A stretch of DNA of 62,966 nucleotides, the filler included, from Stramenopiles sp. TOSAG23-6 (taxonomy: Eukaryota): NCBI GenBank assembly GCA_900128565.1. It is 8 parts of 8 records of this genome, joined end to end, with 100 filler letters (N's around TTAATTAATTAA, not from the genome) between each part and the next. Parts side by side here need not be neighbours in the genome. Positions count along the whole stretch, not along the records: positions 1 to 11,654 come from LT636251.1; positions 11,755 to 23,382 come from LT636252.1; positions 23,483 to 35,087 come from LT636253.1; 5 more parts are not named here. The stretch is one strand, 5' to 3'. Of the stretch, positions 11,006-23,544 are shown piece by piece (the stretch's first letter is position 1; the number at the start of each line of letters is the position of its first letter). The position numbers were made by a program, and so were the translations under genes. Under the pieces are notes generated by a model, which had not been told where the DNA came from, ran no database searches, and saw nothing but the letters and a program-made list of their open reading frames with translations.

Positions 11006-11654
11006 ATGTTCAACTTCCTCTCGTTCGTTAGATGCCACACCTCAAAAAGTATGCCTTTAAAGTACAATAATTACCAAAGATTATTATGGGGTGCTTCAAG
11101 TCGAAGCTTTGCTAATGGTATATTTTCTACGGTACGTCATACCTAACAAATTTTTTGAAATGTTTTTGAAACCACTTGTGTTTCTTCACATCTTCACACC
11201 TAACAAAGAATACTATAAAGTGTTCCCTAATGTTTATCAATTATTAATATGTTTACTTCAATTGCTACTCTCTACTTTTATAGGAAACACTCCCTTATCG
11301 TGGAGTTCTGGTAGATTTAGAAGCTGGTTACGATGGTGACACAGATCATTTCGAAACACAACTTGATGAATCAATTAAAGCTTGGAGAAACGAAAATAAA
11401 CTCAGTGCGTGGATAAAAATTCCTTTATCAAAATCGAATTTATTATCTATTGTAGCTCGGCATGGATTCCAATATCATCATGCAGCAGGAACAAGCGCAA
11501 CTCTCGTATCTTGGCTTAGCGAGAGTAAAGAAAACAAGATGTACGTTTTCAAAATTGAATTTCGAATTTAGTTTTTTTTGTATCAAATTTTGTACCTAAC
11601 GAATTTTTTTTTTTTCGCTAAAAAAAACAAATATTTTTTCACAATACATACCTC
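11006..11654 (+). CDS. Nudix hydrolase, NUDT6-like (pre-Nudix domain), 5' part; truncated at contig end
   Basis: Exons 11006-11131, 11284-11540 and 11650-: ...FETQLDESIKAWRNENKLSAWIKIP...GFQYHHA...SWLSESKENKIP. Introns 11132-11283 (GT-AG) and 11541-11649 (GT-AT). Not captured by the ORF track. Confidence 0.8.
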
Positions 11655-11754
11655 NNNNNNNNNNNNNNNNNNNNNNNNNNNNNNNNNNNNNNNNNNNNTT
11701 AATTAATTAANNNNNNNNNNNNNNNNNNNNNNNNNNNNNNNNNNNNNNNNNNNN
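11655..11754. other. Artificial contig linker (N-run TTAATTAATTAA N-run); also at about 23383, 35088, 46789, 58474, 59972, 61470
   Basis: Identical 100-nt stop-codon spacer repeated seven times, between contigs of decreasing length. Confidence 0.97.
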
Positions 11755-12832
11755 AAAATATTTCAAATTGTTTTTTGTTAGGTACAAAATTTCGTACGAA
11801 AAAAAAAATGGAATTTGAAAAAAAATAAAACATACATTCGTGAAAAAGGACTTGAAATGCTGCAATAATTACAATTGAGAGTGGAACTTGGACTAGAGTG
11901 AACAACTGTGTGTAACCTTTATCTTCCGGGCGATCTACATGGATTATGAAAAATATTTCAAAATTTAAAATCGNTANGGTANAAANTTTTTTNAAAAAAA
12001 AAATAAATTCGAAATTGAAATTGAAATGGAAAACATACAGCAGCGTAGAGAAGCTGAATAAATTGAGAATGTTTCCGAACTGGTTTCACAATCATTAGAA
12101 GCATCCACATAATAATATGAACATTCCAGAGACCCCATAACCAAGAATCTTCAGTTGGCATTGGGAGAAGTAAATCCAAAAGTGTTGGTAGGAGAAAAAA
12201 ACCAACATGTATTTTGGAAAAATATTTCAAAAAAAAAATCGTTAGGTATAAAATTTCGTACGAAAAAAAAATTCGAATTTGAAAAAAATAAAACCAACAT
12301 GAACACACTTACGAGTGTAACCAGTGTTCCAATTTTTCAAATAAACTCCAAGCCCCATTACTGCTTGAATTAAAAATAAGATAAAGTTTTTCAAGCCGAG
12401 ACCAATCCAAAACCATTCTTGATTTTTACGTCGTCCCCAATAGCCACCTTCCTGTGCTTCACAACTAGATTTATCCTTGAACTCACTTCTGTCTTTACAA
12501 ACACTTTTTAGGCAAATTGAACAGTGTACAGAAACGTCTAAAGTGAAGTACATGAGAAAAGCAAGCCATACCAATAAACCGCAAATAGACGCATAAAAGA
12601 TATACATTTGTTTAGCTCTAAGCCACTCCGCTGCTGGAGAAGACGAATCACCCCTTGCCTTGGCTCTTTCCATGTCAAGAGAAACCATCTTTTTACCCAT
12701 GCCCCGTTTTGCTTTTTCTTTGAAATCAACTGGCACGGCTACCACAACACTTTTCCCATTACTATCACCCGAATCCACATTGTTTAGAACTTCATCTAAT
12801 GCCATCGTAAATTTAATGATTGGCTGCACCAA
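11755..12832 (-). CDS. Membrane protein of the phytol/dolichol kinase (CTP-transferase-like) family, multi-exon, 3' truncated
   Basis: Spliced product includes GYTRKCVHVGFF and LYAAVDRPEDKGYT. Introns 12207-12298 and 11939-12038 are both GT-AT; a third starts at 11835. Confidence 0.65.
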
Positions 12833-13174
12833 TTGACACTTTCAATTTGTCAAAATATCAATCAAATAACCGAAACGAATCACGATGCTGTTATATATGC
12901 GTGATTGACAGGCACTTCTGCCGCTTTTGCCCCCAATTCCAGTAATTACCGGGTATCATATATATATTTTTTTTTTGAAAGTTGATTTTTGAGGATTTTT
13001 GAGATGATTTTCAATTTGATTGGATTGTCCGAAAAATATACAATATCTATCAAAAAATCCTCTTGTAGCAATAATATGCATGATGCACTTTTAGAATAGG
13101 AATATCTACACCATCGTTGTTTCTCTTGAGAGCCTGTGAGAATAGTTTAAAGTATTACTCTTCAATATAATCAG

Positions 13175-15790
13175 ATGACTGAAACTGGATATGAATCCAG
13201 TAGGATGCGTCGAGCCGACTCTGGTTCTGGAGGAATGAATAGTATCAGTCAAAGAACTTCACGTTTAACCTTGGATTGTCATGACGACGGTGACTATCAT
13301 ATACAATACAATGATAATTTGAACGATGTGAAACTTGACGCTGCAGAAGTCGAAAGAAATATGATGGCAACATTTTTTACTCCACAGGATCAACCTGTCT
13401 TCCAACCTAAGCTTCCTTGCTCACCGTCCCCAGCAAAGAACCGCGCTTTTTCACATAGTCCACAGTGGACTGACAACGATATGGATACAAACGTAGAAGA
13501 GGGTTCTCCAGTTGATTGGGGAATTAATGATTCGGACGAGGAACAATATATAGGTGAATCTAGTGGTGCACCTTCCCCTTTTTTGAGTGACCCCAGTCCA
13601 GGAAGCCGGGCTGCTCCATCGAAGAAAAGTCGCGTCTTTACATCTTGTGGTAAACCAAATGTAGTTGGTTTACATACTGGTCGTCCACCTCTCAAAGCTC
13701 GCAATAATACATTTCGGATCCCGGAGAAAATCAACGAGGAAGAAGAATACGATGGTGACAATGTTGGGGAGCTCCGTGGACTGAAACTTTTCGCATCTCA
13801 GCCGGATAACTCAGCTCAAGAAAATTCCTCTACTGCCTCGAATTCTGATGAAATCTTTCTACCTCCACCCCCACCTCGCCCGCCATCTATGAAATCATCC
13901 AGTAATAATTATTCAATACGCCATGTAGAAAAACGTAAAAGAGGCCATCGCTCTACGTACGAGTACGTTTTCAAAATGAAATGTAAAAATAAATTCGTAC
14001 GAAATTTTGTACCTAACAAAACATTTGAATTTTTGAAATATTTTTTCATGATACAGATCAGGTCGTAGAAATGATGTTGGATTAAATAGACATTCAAATC
14101 ATCGAATTCGTAGAGGAGCTGGTTCGTCATTAATTTCAAGTCAAGGATCTGGTTTACGCCTATATCGAGATTTTGATGCTCATAAAAGAGTTGGTACTGT
14201 AGGTCTTCATCATTAATTTAAAAAAAAACATTTCGTACGAAATTCTGTACCTAACAAAAAACAAATTCTAAAAATATTCTTTTTACAACACATGGAGCAT
14301 TTTCGACGGTTTTTCGCTGTAGGCATGTATTAGATGGTGAATATTATGCAGTGAAACAATACCTCAGACACTTCAAAAGTCGTGCAGCGCGTGCTCTAGC
14401 TCTCCGCGAAGTAAGGACCATGGCTGCTCTTTGTTCAAATGGACATCCGCATTTATTGCGTTACGCTGGTTCTTGGGAAGATATTGGCACATTGCATATT
14501 CAAACGGAGTTTTGTGATGGTGGAAGTCTACAATCTAGATTTATTAAAGCAACATTAGAAAATTCATCTCTGGGTTGTATTAGTGACAAGAACTCTAATT
14601 CGAATGCATCAACATGTATGTTTTTTTTCAATTTTGTTTCAATTTCGAATTTAGTTTTTTTTTTTCGTACGAAATTTCATACCTAACAAAATATTTTTTA
14701 CGAAAAAAAAAAATATTTTTCCACAATATATCGTTTATAAAACCTTACACCCTTGGCCGTTCTGATTCGTATCATAGATCAATGCCATCATTACCTGCTA
14801 ACACTCGAACTCAAAAATCCTTCAATACTAATAATGACGTCAATGTTGTGGATACGATTGATGTTATACCAAAATTAAATGAAGCTAATTTAGTTGTTAT
14901 TCTACAACAAATGTACGTTTTCATTTTAATTTCGAATATATTGTTTTTTTTTTTTTTGAAATTTTTTTTTTTGAAATATATTTTTTTGAAATATTTTTTC
15001 ACAACAAATGGGATCTGCGTTAGAATATATGCATAAAGTTGGCTTTGTTCACTTAGATGTAAAACCTGAAAATATTTTATTATGTAAAGCCGGAAATAGC
15101 GAACTTGGTGGTGTCTGCAAATTAGGAGACTTTGGGATGACATTGCCTGTGGAGAAGGACGGTGGTCCGTCTTCAGCTACCGCTGCTGGATTGGTCGAAG
15201 GAGATAGTCGATATTTATCAATGGAAATTCTCCAAGAAAATTACCGATGTTTACCTGCTGCTGACATGTTCGCACTTGGTGCTACTGTATATGAACTTGC
15301 CCGCATTTCAATTGGTGGTACGCCTCTACCTCAAGATGGTCCTGAATGGTCAAGTTTGCGAAGAGGTGGAAGTAATGGTGGTCCTTTTCTGCCTACAAAA
15401 TCAAACAAATCTCAAATTTTTTCAAAAGTACAATTTCCTCTTGTCAATGAAGAGAATTGTTATTCTGAGGAATTTGTTACGCTTCTTCGACTTTTAATGC
15501 ACCCAGATCCGTGTACAAGACCTACTGCAAAGCAATTATTGCAACATCCTTTGGTATTGAGCAGTATTTGCGCAAAAACGCATACAATGCCAATTTTATG
15601 TTCAGGAAGTGATGACGAAGACACCCCACGAATGAACAAAAATAAATTAGGAATGTTTTTGAGCCAACAAGTTGGGAATGACCTTGCAGGTGAAGTAAAA
15701 ATTTGGAAACAGAAGCACGAAATCTTGAAACAGCAATTGGCAGTAGAAATGGGAAAGCGTGCAGAGATGGAACATAGTCTTTTTGACTAA
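13175..15790 (+). CDS. WEE1: Wee1/Myt1-family protein kinase, 5 exons
   Basis: After removing introns 13963-14056 (GT-AG), 14199-14293, 14616-14731 and 14913-15009 (GT-AT): RLYRDF...VGTGAFSTVFRCRHVLDGEYYAVK, HIQTEFCDGGSL, VHLDVKPENI, KLGDFG, EGDSRYL, ADMFALG. Confidence 0.9.
14199..14293 (+). other. Non-canonical GT-AT intron inside the kinase glycine-rich loop
   Basis: GGT ACT|GTAGGT...CAACACAT|GGA GCA TTT TCG restores GxGxFS; there is no AG between the branch motif and the exon. Confidence 0.88.
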
Positions 15791-16059
15791 AATAATGTAG
15801 TCAATTCTACTGTAACAAAATATCGAAGTTGTTACAAGATTCTTTTTCTTTTTTTTTTGCTTCAATAAATTGATAACTGTCACGTTTACTTTCAATAATT
15901 TGGCTTCAGATTAATTAAAATAAAATAACTCTTTTACCGATAATAAAAAAAAAAGGGAAAAAGATAATTTCACAAGAAATTATATCAATTTCAATAGTTG
16001 ATATTAGTTAATAATAGTTATAGTCAAAAGTCATTTTAATAAATTTATTTTTTAATCAA

Positions 16060-17445
<1,386 letters not shown>

Positions 17446-17885
17446 TTAACAAGCTATTAAAGGTAATATTAAAGCTGGGTATATGTACTTTATAACAGAT
17501 ACGAGCTAAACTTCAATGTAAAATACTTATTATTCAGTGCGCAAAATTCAGATTCGATTTTTCGTCGTCGAGGCTCGCAGAAACTTTTAGATCTGTTTCT
17601 GTTCTTCTGAGATTCGCGAGAGATTCTCTCCACTCTGATTCAGGTTTGTTCCATTTTTTGAATGAAGTAAAAAATTTTAAACTTCACATTCTCTAAATCG
17701 TTCTTGCTAAGCAAAAAGACTTGCTTGCCTAAGATACCAAGATGGCTGATCTTTTCCCTGTTTCAGCCAGGGATATACGGTACTATCTTCGCATTGAGAA
17801 CATCGTAAAAACATTAATATTATAATAATAATAAGTAAGATACGTTCATTGAATCAAAGAATAAGCAAACACTCAGTATAAGACC

Positions 17886-20474
17886 ATGGCATCTTCTTCA
17901 CTTTGGTTCATCATTTTATTGTGTCTGATTTTTTTTGTAAAAGTTGATGCGGCGGCAAGACTACCAGATAATTCCAATGAGGAAAACATTGAGAAGCAGA
18001 CCGCAATAGACGACCTTACCAATATAGGAGCATGGGATCACGATGCAATAAATACTTGGAAGGAGAAACATGAAAAGTTCAAAAATGATTTTGATGTTAT
18101 GAGTGCAGCAGTAAAAAAAAGTCAATATTTTTTTTCCTATGCATCGGAGGCTTTAAAGAACAACGATGCTTTTGTCATGGAGGCTGTTCGTTTCAGTGAA
18201 GAACCCCCACTTGAATTTGCGGGATTAGGACCAAAAAGTAATCGCAATATTGTTTTGGCTGCTGCCATAAAGAGTCCATATGTTTTTCAATTTGCATCAC
18301 CTGATTTAAAGAAAGATAGGGATTTTGTTATGACTGTTGTACAACAAGCTGGCTGGGCACTCGAACATGCTTCCGATGAGTTGAAGAATGATCGTGACGT
18401 TGTGTTGGCTGCTGTCAAAAATAACGGAGAAGCACTCGAATGTGCTTCCGATGAGTTCAAGAAAGATCGTGAGGTTGTGTTGGCTGCTGTCAAAAATGAC
18501 GGTAATGCGTTTTATTGGGCAGATGATCAATTGAAAAAGGATGTTGATTTTGTAAAAGAGGCTTTTCTTATAGCTGGAGGTAGTGGGGGTCCTTATGCTG
18601 TCTGGGGCGGGTTAAATAAAGTTATGAAACATGAACCCCAAATTGCGCTCGCTCATGTTTCTATATCCCCACAAGATGTACTTTCCAGCATTGAGGATGC
18701 CTTAAAAGGAGAAAATTCAGATAAATATCTTGATGTTGTAAAAGTAGCGCTTAAAGTTGATAAAACGCGTCTTTTACCAATGGTGCCTGAAAACATCCTC
18801 AAGCTTCCAGAAATTCAACATATACTGAACAAGTATCAATTGCTTCATGAAGGGAATAAGATAGTTGAAACATTCATTCCTTCATCAGAATATAAGGATC
18901 AATATTTCCCAATAGCTGAGAAAGTTCTTTTGACTGTCGCAAGTTTCAACCTGTTGGATAATCCCAGTAGTAAACCTGAGCAAGATCTCAAACAGCACCT
19001 TAAAAACCATTACATTGATGTCCTTTCAGTTCAAGAAGTCGGTGAGCCTTTTGAAATAGAAGGTTATACACGTCAGGAATATTCTGATGAAGATTTGGCA
19101 ATTTATTTGAAAAACGATTCGCCATGGACTGCTGTTGCGAATAAAAACATAAAATTATTGAAAGATACATGCAACACGCGCCGTCGAGCGATTGCAATTA
19201 CTTTAAGACATTATGATGGCAATGATGTTTTCTTTGAGGATATCACTGTCACTAATATTCATTTATGTGGCGGGAAATATGATGAAGAGGTCATAGGAAC
19301 TGCAATAAAGAATGGAGAAAAAACTCTCAAAGATATTGGTGAAATGAAAAAGGGAATACTAGAAGCTGGGGTAACCGAGAACTCACAAATCATCATTGGC
19401 GACACAAACAGTGATTTGATTGATAATTCTGATGTAGTACTAGATCATATGATAAAGACAATTCAAGCAATTCTTACACCTGAGCCTGAGGCTATGGCAG
19501 ATTCTACTATTGATCATTTTCGCAACACAGATCATCTCAAAAAATTAAATTGGGATACTGATTCCATAATGTATTGGAATAATTTGCCACAAACATATCT
19601 TGAATCAAATGGTTATACTCATGCTCGATTTGAAACTTCCACTTCCCGATTCGGAGCTACTCCCGATGCTATATTTTACAAACAAAAGGAAACTATTCGA
19701 TTACAAAGCTCTGGTCGGTTAGATATGGATATGAAGGAATATGATCCAGAGAACCCAAGCAACGATCGGATGACAAAAGAAAATGGTACAGATCATGATG
19801 GTGTCTATGCAAAATTTGAAGTATCCAGAAGAAATGCGCGTTGCAGAGAGCTACATGCAAAGGATGATTCTAAAATGAAGGTTGTTGACTATTTACATTT
19901 CAATATGGCAAAAACATTGTTCTTTAATAAAATGAAGGAAGAAAATCGTCCCAAGTATCGAGTGACAAAGGTTTTGTTTTGCTCCAATTGGATGCTACAA
20001 AATAGCTTTTTGAGGAAAAAAAATCATTTTCGAGAAAAAGGATGGAGTTTTACTGAGACATGGAACTTTCATGGTACAAAGTCAATGGCTGCTGTGAATG
20101 CCATAATGGAATCTGGCTTCCAACTTCTCCCGAATAATCAGGGTGAATTTGCAAACGGTCCAAGATTTTACACTGCACCAAACCCAGAATTAAGTATTCA
20201 ATATTCTGACAAAGGCACACCTTTGCTTATTGTAAAAGCCATTAAAGGTAAAACAGTATTTGACATTGATTATGATTCAGATGAAGCAGAAAAATACAAA
20301 AACTACTTTGATCATCACAGTGATAATACATGGACTGAAAAGTCAGAGTTTCTTGATGATGATATTCCAGACAGTGTTGAGTCAATAATGAATGGTATAA
20401 TTACTCAGAATAACTTCCGTACATCTGAGCAGTTGCTTCCAGTCTATGGAGTATATTTTGAAAAGATAATGTAA
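17886..20474 (+). CDS. Secreted multidomain protein: DUF4116 repeats + EEP (endonuclease/exonuclease/phosphatase) + PARP-like ADP-ribosyltransferase
   Basis: Signal peptide; ALEHASDELKNDRDVVLAAVK repeats; EEP motifs VASFNL, SVQE, TNIHL, IIGDTN, PDAIFY, TDH; ART motifs FHGT, GPRFYTA..S.QY, QLLPVY. Confidence 0.75.
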   Translation: MASSSLWFIILLCLIFFVKVDAAARLPDNSNEENIEKQTAIDDLTNIGAWDHDAINTWKEKHEKFKNDFDVMSAAVKKSQYFFSYASEALKNNDAFVMEAVRFSEEPPLEFAGLGPKSNRNIVLAAAIKSPYVFQFASPDLKKDRDFVMTVVQQAGWALEHASDELKNDRDVVLAAVKNNGEALECASDEFKKDREVVLAAVKNDGNAFYWADDQLKKDVDFVKEAFLIAGGSGGPYAVWGGLNKVMKHEPQIALAHVSISPQDVLSSIEDALKGENSDKYLDVVKVALKVDKTRLLPMVPENILKLPEIQHILNKYQLLHEGNKIVETFIPSSEYKDQYFPIAEKVLLTVASFNLLDNPSSKPEQDLKQHLKNHYIDVLSVQEVGEPFEIEGYTRQEYSDEDLAIYLKNDSPWTAVANKNIKLLKDTCNTRRRAIAITLRHYDGNDVFFEDITVTNIHLCGGKYDEEVIGTAIKNGEKTLKDIGEMKKGILEAGVTENSQIIIGDTNSDLIDNSDVVLDHMIKTIQAILTPEPEAMADSTIDHFRNTDHLKKLNWDTDSIMYWNNLPQTYLESNGYTHARFETSTSRFGATPDAIFYKQKETIRLQSSGRLDMDMKEYDPENPSNDRMTKENGTDHDGVYAKFEVSRRNARCRELHAKDDSKMKVVDYLHFNMAKTLFFNKMKEENRPKYRVTKVLFCSNWMLQNSFLRKKNHFREKGWSFTETWNFHGTKSMAAVNAIMESGFQLLPNNQGEFANGPRFYTAPNPELSIQYSDKGTPLLIVKAIKGKTVFDIDYDSDEAEKYKNYFDHHSDNTWTEKSEFLDDDIPDSVESIMNGIITQNNFRTSEQLLPVYGVYFEKIM

Positions 20475-21120
20475 GACACTAATAATGAATGCTTTAATAC
20501 CACTTTGTGCTGATGGGGAACTGTGTGGACAGCGTAGGATATATGTAGTGATGAATAAAGTTTGAGAGATTTTTTTTTTTATTATTATTTTAAGTATTTT
20601 AAATGTTTTTCAAACTTACAAATTTACAACATCAAAAAAGAACATTCAATTTATCGTTTCATTTGGTTCCTTTGTCGGCCGAGGTGACTGATTACGGCGA
20701 TTTTTCGATTTTTTGTTTGAATTACCTCTTGAGTAGTATTCAACTTATCGATGGAATGGTACAAAAAATAGTACAAAAGTAGTACAAAAAAAATAAAGGA
20801 GGGGTGACAGATTCGGGCTATAGCAGTTATGATGATGAAGATGAGTATTATAGTGAAAGTGATGATGATATAGAAAATCGGTATATAAAGATCTCGACAA
20901 AGATTGCAATAAAGAAATAAAATCATTTGTGTTTTTTATTATAAGAAACACCCTATTTGCCCAGGATATTAATTAAGTGTATTGACACGATCCGTACCAA
21001 TATTTTGAATGCATTTTGAATTCGTGTTTTTGTACCTTTTCCTTTTTTTTTTTTAATCGGTCAGAGGCGGCCAAAGGAAAGGAAAGAAATAATTCCTTTG
21101 TGTACTAATTTGAAATTAGA

Positions 21121-23382
21121 ATGCAAGACGGTGATAATGTGTCGAAATCAAATCATCCCAGCGACAGTTGTTTGTTGCAATCTATAGATGCTTGTCTGCG
21201 CCTTGTTTCGTCTGGTACTAAAGAAAAAAGCAGTCATCAGTCTTTAGATTCAAAGCAGAAGATCTTGAGAGATTTATTCCAATCACTACAAGACTCCATC
21301 TCTCGAACTGCTGTAACAAATGATTATGGAGTAATGAGTTCAGTACCTCGCATATTAACCGTAATTATGGAAGACGAAACACTCTGTGCATTATCCCTCG
21401 ATTCTGGCGCTTTGGTGTCCTGTCTACTTCAATTTGTTACACTTCGAATACCGCAAGAACGCACGAACGATGGAGTAAAGGTGAAGTCCGTTAATGTACC
21501 TCGTCATCAACTAGTTGAACGAGGGCGCACTTGGGCATTATCAGTTCTCAAAACATTGCTTTCGTCTGAAAGAAGTACACAAAAACATCATCGCGAGTTG
21601 ATACAGAGGCCAGAATTTCCAGTTGGTGTTCAGCCTTTATTCGATTCTGTCTTTATTCAGAATGCTGTACACGCTTTAGTTGGTCAAATTGAGTATTTAA
21701 GACAAGAAACAGATACAATTGAAGCTGTGAAAGCTTTTCAACTAATCGTAAACGAATCAATTCCAATTCTGAGGTTAAGTTTCCATGTTCGTTTTCATCA
21801 TGAATTTCCATTTTTTTTTACTATAAAAATTTTGTACCTAACGATTTTTTTTTTTTCGGTAAAAAAAAAAAAAAAAACATTTTTTACAAAACATATTCGA
21901 ACGTACGAAAGGAATATATGGGAAAGTATATCAACTTTAATAGACACTATATTTCTATGGCATCCGAACCCTAACCCTAGAGATAAGAATGTACCTATTA
22001 CAAAAAGTTGGCTTTCTGATGACATTTTTTGTATTTATTTATATTTATCGTGTATGTTTTATTTTTTTTCAAATTCGATTTTTTTTCGTACGCAATTTTG
22101 TACCTAACGATTTTTTTTTTGAAATATTTTTACAAAATACATTGTCTTGGTTTCAACTTGGAATCTTATTATCTTTGGCATCAATTCAACGTTTTTCAGA
22201 TAAAGTTTTGAATCATTTAACACATAGAGTGTTAAAGTATCACCAACAAGTAAAGCAGTTGCAAGAAAGTCCATGCACGTTTTCATCATTCATTTCAATT
22301 TATATTTTATAATTATTTTTATACGAAATGTTGTACCTAACGATTTTTTTTCTAAAATATTATTTCACTTTACTTGGAACCGCATTGAATCAAAGCGAGT
22401 TCGTGAAGCACTATTTCATGATTCTACAAGTAGTAGTAGTAGTAGTAGTAGTAGTAGCAGCAGTGGCAATACCACTGAGAAAAATCAAAATCCAGAAAAA
22501 GATGAAAAATCAAATAGCAATTTTCATATAGGAATGAATATGGCTACAGAATCTGAGTCTGTTGATATAGAAGCATTAATACTACAAACTATTGAGCATA
22601 GTGCCCATGGCTGGGAGCATATCACACCTTCATTACTTCAATTAGCGGTACGACTTTTAGATATGACTGCGAAAACGTCGAGCTTTTCTATCAAGCAAAG
22701 ATCAAAAACATCAAATATAATATTGCCAGTTGATGTCCTCAATCGAACGAATTCAATGAATCACAAGAGTATAGATGCAAAAGAACTTGCGGTTTGTACT
22801 GGGTTTCGCATATTATTTTCTTTGATTCGCGTTCAAAAAGTTGTACGTTCTAGCATTCTCGAACATATATTGACACGTGTCATGTCACGAGCACCAACAG
22901 TTCGTCAATATATCGCATTACTAAAAGCTATTGCATTAGATACACCAATACTATTACTACCATTTTCTCAAAGAGTGAAAGAAAGTTTAGAATATTGTCC
23001 TTTACTTCCCTCCAGCGTTGCGAGTTTGCTGATTATTGCAGTTGAACCTGTTGTTTGCCTTCGTCCGGACCTTCGTGATTATACAGCAGTTATATTACGT
23101 AAAGCAATGTTTAAAAGAGACCCAGGTGCTCGTATTGTTGCAGTGGAAGGAATGATACGTCTTCTTGTACAATTAGAAAATCAAAGAAATTCAAATGAAA
23201 TGGAACGAAAAGCAGCGCAATTACGGTTTTGGTGTCAAATCTCTGGTTTATTCCGCCGGGTCCTTGGTCAACAATATAGTGTTAGAGAATCACTATATAC
23301 TGGTTTAGTACAGGTATATGAAAAAATCCCAGCTGTACGCCATGAAATTTTATCTTTATTGTTACCGCATGTTCAAAATTAT
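21121..23382 (+). CDS. FANCI: Fanconi anemia group I protein, 5' part, multi-exon
   Basis: HSAHGWEHITPSLLQLAVRLLD, LRKAMFKRDPGARIVAVEG and FRRVLGQQYSVRESLYTG resemble FANCI solenoid motifs. Introns 21787-21894, 22052-22142 (GT-AT) and 22275-22375 (GC-TT). Confidence 0.75.
22275..22375 (+). other. Non-canonical GC-TT intron
   Basis: CCA T|GCACGTTTT...TGTACCTAAC...CACTTTACTT|GG AAC joins two ORFs in phase 1. The acceptor register is taken from alignment to the family consensus. Confidence 0.6.
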
Positions 23383-23544
23383 NNNNNNNNNNNNNNNNNN
23401 NNNNNNNNNNNNNNNNNNNNNNNNNNTTAATTAATTAANNNNNNNNNNNNNNNNNNNNNNNNNNNNNNNNNNNNNNNNNNNNTTTTTTTTCGTACGAAAT
23501 TTTGTACCTAACAAATTTCGAATTTAATTTTTTTTACACTACAT

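Noticed and set aside
13175-15790. Alternative genetic code or pseudogenisation explaining fragmented ORFs
   Set aside because: Long intronless genes translate cleanly with the standard code and use TAA, TAG and TGA as stops; fragmentation is explained by the introns.
20651-20951. Short ORFs between the ART fusion gene and FANCI
   Set aside because: Low-complexity, no clear start or recognisable motif on either strand.
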